64,000 nt of DNA, from positions 736,001 to 800,000 of the forward strand of contig CAXXTH010000017.1 of NCBI GenBank assembly GCA_963668025.2, written 5' to 3'. Made by a program: the position numbers and the translations under genes. Position 1 is the first letter of the stretch, and each line of letters opens with the position of its first letter. Under the pieces are notes generated by a model. It had not been told where the DNA came from and searched no databases. It was given only the letters and a program-made list of their open reading frames with translations. Shown piece by piece: positions 60,083-64,000 of the stretch. The stretch comes from Candidatus Hydrogenedentota bacterium. Its GTDB lineage: Bacteria > Hydrogenedentota > Hydrogenedentia > Hydrogenedentales > SLHB01.

Positions 60083-60865
60083 TTATTTTACTGGGACGTC
60101 TTTCCCATTGCCCCGCTTCAATCGGTCTAGATTCCATAATTTGGCGTATTTCATGAACACGGAAAACGCCGCTAAGCCACAGAGCACCACGCCGTGATAT
60201 CCATCCCGGAATCCAGAACGCACAATATACATGTTTAGGAAACGAGTGATAGGCCGGACGAGTAAATCGAACGCATTCGCACGCTTGCCCACATCAAGCA
60301 AATCCATGGCGCCCCACGAGGTAAACCGGTGGAACGTGGCGAAATACTCTTCATAATCTCGATAGGTGTCGTGATACATAGGCTCGATGATCCGGCCTAC
60401 CGGGCCGTCCACTACCACTCGAGAATGCACCCGGCGTTTGAGATACCGCCCTTTTTGCGTGCGGAATAAGCGCAGGTTGTAATCTTTCTGCCACCCGCAA
60501 CCTTTAATCAGGCGTCCGAAAAAGTAAGACAGACGGCGGATCATATACCCATCAGGTCCGCCTGGCGTTTGAATGATGTCTTGAATCCGATTCGCCAGCT
60601 CCGGAGAAACCCACTCGTCCGCGTCCAATACGAGCGTCCATTCCGTAGCGATCTGAGGTATGGCCCAATTGCGCTGGCTGGCGGCGTCTTCATAATCTCG
60701 ATACACCACTTGGCTGGTATACCGCCGGGCGATTGCATCCGAGCCATCCGTCGTTTTCGTGTCGATCACGCAAAAGATACTATCCGCCCATGCCACGCTG
60801 TCGAGGCAGCGGGGCAGGCGGTCGGCGGCATTCGGAACCAATGTCAAGACCGTGATACTGCTCAC
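60083..60865 (-). CDS. GT2 glycosyltransferase (WaaE/KdtX-like)
   Basis: CL.SV.WAD, TDGS, QRN.A, W.LVLDADE, LRLFR, VH, GF.DG..G, F.KYAKLW. Confidence 0.88.
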   Translation of the reverse strand: MSSITVLTLVPNAADRLPRCLDSVAWADSIFCVIDTKTTDGSDAIARRYTSQVVYRDYEDAASQRNWAIPQIATEWTLVLDADEWVSPELANRIQDIIQTPGGPDGYMIRRLSYFFGRLIKGCGWQKDYNLRLFRTQKGRYLKRRVHSRVVVDGPVGRIIEPMYHDTYRDYEEYFATFHRFTSWGAMDLLDVGKRANAFDLLVRPITRFLNMYIVRSGFRDGYHGVVLCGLAAFSVFMKYAKLWNLDRLKRGNGKDVPVK

Positions 60866-61082
60866 GTGAAGAATCCCGGAGGTTCAATTCCTTTCGCCAC
60901 GTCTCCTCAAGAGGTTCGCGGCCCAGGCCATCTGTACAATAACAAAATACCCACATGAATGAAACCATCGGGCATCCCACCGGAATCCGCATATGGATTT
61001 CGGCAGTTTCGAGAAAGCTTGAAATAATCAGGCAATTAACGGCAAATGACCAGCGAGGGCGCCTGTCCCATGCATTGTTTAT

Positions 61083-61139
61083 AAAAAAAGTGATTGGGGT
61101 AGGGAAGGCCGAAAGCGCCCGGCCTCCCCTACCCCAATC
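61083..61139 (-). terminator. Long hairpin / intrinsic terminator
   Basis: GATTGGGGTAGGGAAGGCCG...CGGCCTCCCCTACCCCAATC with a T-run on the minus strand. Confidence 0.6.
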
Positions 61140-61243
61140 GGGTATTAAAAAATTGTAAAGAATGTCCTATTCGCTTAAATTCCCGTCCATTCGCGGTGTC
61201 CAGAATGGTGTTTGCGGTTCTTTGTCGCGGATTGGGCTTTTGC

Positions 61244-61546
61244 TCAACTGGTTGTCGTATCCGTCAAGTCAGTGACGAAATCGATCATGCCATCCAGGTA
61301 GATGATGAAATAGCTTAAAAGCATATTAAGCCACTCGACAACTTGGTCCCAGATTGCATCCCAATCGATATCTTCTTTCTCATCACCTTTGAGCTGGGCG
61401 AGTGGCGCGGCGCTCGCCCCATGGCCTGTTATCGAGGCGATGTACGCCCCGCTGGCGGGCCCTGCCGCTTCAGCCGGCCCTGCTGGCCAGGCCAGCAGCA
61501 CGGCGGATGTTATGCCAAAACACAACACGATCAAAAAACGGCCCAT
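61244..61546 (-). CDS. Small exported hypothetical protein
   Basis: Signal peptide ending AEA, acidic amphipathic C-terminus; GGAGGA RBS. Confidence 0.55.
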   Translation of the reverse strand: MGRFLIVLCFGITSAVLLAWPAGPAEAAGPASGAYIASITGHGASAAPLAQLKGDEKEDIDWDAIWDQVVEWLNMLLSYFIIYLDGMIDFVTDLTDTTTS

Positions 61547-62070
61547 CTGGCAATCCTCCTCTTAATGGATCTGGCAATCCAATCCGAGTGCTACATTCAG
61601 AATATATTCGCCAGCCAGTTTTCAACAACCGTAAGAAACTGTATCACCGCATTCTCGATGCGGTCGGGAACACAATTGATCACATTACATGGCGGAATCG
61701 AATTCACAAATGTGCGAATCATCTCGAACAGGTGAAGCATACCGTTCTCCTTTCGGTTTCATATCCGCATCATCATAGCGAATCTCATGGAACCGGGCAA
61801 AACCGCAACCGCATGCAGCCACCTACTTAATAGGTGTATACGGAAGACGTGCTTGTTTCATCTTTTTATTGCTCATAAACAGGCGTCTGGATACTCCCTC
61901 CCCGTGCCCCTCGTGGCAAATCCATCCTCCCTACCAGCGGTGAAGAACCGCTTTTTTTTCGCGTAGAAGCAGTTGAATGAGTTGAGGATGCGCCGGTGCG
62001 GGGAGTTTTTTCTTCGCATCGGCGCTTTTTTTTGTTGACTTCTGGTACGGAAGTATATATACTTCCGTAC

Positions 62071-62418
62071 ATGGAAGGGAAACCTGTCACGAACTCGGCG
62101 GGACGCAAGGTCCAGGCGCGCCTGGCGCGTCTGGGGCCCTTTCTTCCCGCCACGCTCACCATCACCCGCAGCCGCTGCGGGAACCCGCGCTGCCGGTGCG
62201 TCCAGGAAGGGCCGATCCATGAAACGGCCCTGCTGACGTGGAAGGAGGGCGGGAAGACCCGCACCCTCCACGTGCCCCGTGAATTGCGCCGCGAAGTGGC
62301 GCAATGGATTGAGGAATGGAAAAAGCTCAAGAAGCTCGTCGAGGCCATGGGCGCGGCCCAACGGCAGTTCCTGCAAACCCGCAAGAAGAGCATCCGGAAA
62401 TCATCCGGGCCTTCTTGA
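62071..62418 (+). CDS. DUF6788-like IS accessory protein
   Basis: RCGNPRCRC..G..H....LTWKE.GKT.T..VP. Confidence 0.75.
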   Translation: MEGKPVTNSAGRKVQARLARLGPFLPATLTITRSRCGNPRCRCVQEGPIHETALLTWKEGGKTRTLHVPRELRREVAQWIEEWKKLKKLVEAMGAAQRQFLQTRKKSIRKSSGPS

Positions 62419-63752
62419 GGACGTTCACCCACTTCTTTGGCCCGGTGCGCAAGCGCTTTGCGGGCTTGCCCGATCCCCGCAAACCCGAGCAAGCCGGCGA
62501 CGTGGACTACAGTGTCGCGTCGCTGGTGTTCTTGGGAGTGCTGATGTTCGCATGCCGGCTCGGGGCGCGCCGGCAAGTCCGCCTGCAGTTGTACACGACG
62601 TTCATGGTCCATCTGTACAAGGTCTTGTTTGACGTGGACAGCGTGCCGCATGGCGATACGATGAACGGGGTATTTCGCGGTTTGCCGTTCGAGGCGGTCC
62701 AGGAACTCGTTTCCGGCATGACGCAGACGCTCATCGACAAGAAGGTGTTGTACCCCCACCGCCTGTTCGGGCGCTACTACGTGGCGGCCATCGACGCCAC
62801 GGGGACACGCAGTTATGATCATCGCCACTGCGCCCATTGCCTCACGCGCAAGCACAAGAGCGGCAAGATCACCTACTACCATCCCGTGCTGGAGTCCAAG
62901 ATCGTCACGCCAAACGGGTGGGTCTTTTCGCTCATGACGGAGTTCATTGAGAATCCAGAGAAAGACCTGGCGAAAAGCGAGCAACAACGCAAGCAGGATT
63001 GCGAGACCAAAGCCTTCTACCGGCTGGCCCCACGCCTGCATGCCCGATTCCCCCGCTTGCCGCTGCTGTTGGCGATGGACGGCCTGTACGCCACGGGACC
63101 GGTGTTTCGGCTGTGCCAGCAATATGGCTGGAAGTTCATGATTACGCTCACGGACGGCCAATTGGCCACCGTGAACGAAGAATTCGAGAGCCTCGCGGCC
63201 GCGACGCCCGAAAACCAGCTTACGTGGCGTTGCGGCAACAAGAAGGAAATCCACCAGCAGTTTCGCTGGGTCAACGACATCCCCTACCGCGATTCCGAGC
63301 GGCGTGAACACATCCTGTCCGTGCTCGAATGCGTGGACACCCGCCCGGACGCGGAAGGCATGATAAAGAAAACCAAGTTCAAATGGGTGACCAACGTATC
63401 CGTATCCGCGCACAATGCGGCCGCCTTGGCCAATGAAGGAGGACGCTTACGCTGGAAGATTGAAAATGAAGCATTCAACGTGCAGAAAAACGGCGGCTAC
63501 AACCTCGAACACGCCTATACCCAAAACGAACAGGCCAGTAAGATCTACTACCTCTTGATGCAGATAGCCCATCTGCTCATGCAACTCCTGGAGGATGGCA
63601 GCCTTCTGGCCGCCCACTTTCCAAAAGGCTTTGGCTCCGCCAGAAACCTTGCCCATCGCCTCCTCGAAGCCCTGCGCAACGCCACCCTGTCCCGCGAACA
63701 ATATGACGCCCTCTGCACCGAGGCCATCCAGATCCGCTTCAGTTCCGCATAG
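62316..63752 (+). CDS. DDE transposase
   Basis: DPR, PHGDT, AIDATG, HC.HCL, KQDCE.KA, DGLYA, GR.RWKIENE.FN..K..GY.LEH; start uncertain (overlaps the upstream ORF). Confidence 0.85.
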   Translation: MEKAQEARRGHGRGPTAVPANPQEEHPEIIRAFLRTFTHFFGPVRKRFAGLPDPRKPEQAGDVDYSVASLVFLGVLMFACRLGARRQVRLQLYTTFMVHLYKVLFDVDSVPHGDTMNGVFRGLPFEAVQELVSGMTQTLIDKKVLYPHRLFGRYYVAAIDATGTRSYDHRHCAHCLTRKHKSGKITYYHPVLESKIVTPNGWVFSLMTEFIENPEKDLAKSEQQRKQDCETKAFYRLAPRLHARFPRLPLLLAMDGLYATGPVFRLCQQYGWKFMITLTDGQLATVNEEFESLAAATPENQLTWRCGNKKEIHQQFRWVNDIPYRDSERREHILSVLECVDTRPDAEGMIKKTKFKWVTNVSVSAHNAAALANEGGRLRWKIENEAFNVQKNGGYNLEHAYTQNEQASKIYYLLMQIAHLLMQLLEDGSLLAAHFPKGFGSARNLAHRLLEALRNATLSREQYDALCTEAIQIRFSSA

Positions 63753-64000
63753 GGCGCCCGCGCGTTCCCGGTTGCGCCGCCGCCCTACACGTCTCGCCCA
63801 TCCATTCACCGGCTTTACGCACAGCCGCTGCCCCTCCTGTCGCCTGTCGGCCTCGCCACCCCCCGTCTAACCCGCATCACCTCAACGCCTGACCCTGGGG
63901 CGCCGCTATTCTTCACCGCTGCCTCCCTACAAGGCGTTTTTACTCCCGCATGCTGATATGGTATGGTGCTAGGGGGAACACAAACGCGGCTGGCGTTCGC

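Larger units (their letters stand above)
61935..63921 (+). mobile_element. Two-gene DDE insertion sequence (ISAs1-related/ISNCY-type)
   Basis: IR CAGCGGTGAAGAA / TTCTTCACCGCTG; 9-bp TSD CCTCCCTAC at 61926-61934 and 63922-63930. Confidence 0.88.

Overview
This window looks like the chromosomal origin region of a moderately GC-rich diderm bacterium. The motifs of the DUF1559/H-X9-DG prepilin suggest Candidatus Hydrogenedentes, which is an inference. It contains a well-supported oriC upstream of dnaN, with DnaA boxes and a Bacillus-like box-box-GC-trio unwinding motif. A second DnaA-box cluster lies downstream of dnaN and two perfect parS palindromes sit at rsmG, but dnaA, parA and parB are absent from the window. 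Housekeeping genes include ppk1, cimA, rsmG, the rpsB-tsf-pyrH-frr-uppS-cdsA-prfB-lysS-lolC/E-lolD string, waaF, pgsA and alr. Accessory content includes a tandem triplication of large secreted glycoside-hydrolase-like genes (mosaic, the last fused to a fourth module) and two ABC-ATPase + TOPRIM-like pairs (DUF4276-type between prfB and lysS; RloB-type in a small island). There is also an HUH (Y1) transposase bracketed by ~110-bp inverted multi-hairpin arms, with a solo arm 11 kb away. Three DDE IS elements have recognisable inverted repeats and target duplications, and two carry a small DUF6788-like partner gene. Other items are two pseudogenes, a candidate structured ncRNA bracketed by a perfect 19-bp inverted repeat, and a dispersed family of ~9-nt-period intergenic repeats. 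No CRISPR array, tRNA or rRNA was seen. All family assignments come from motif recognition, not database searches.
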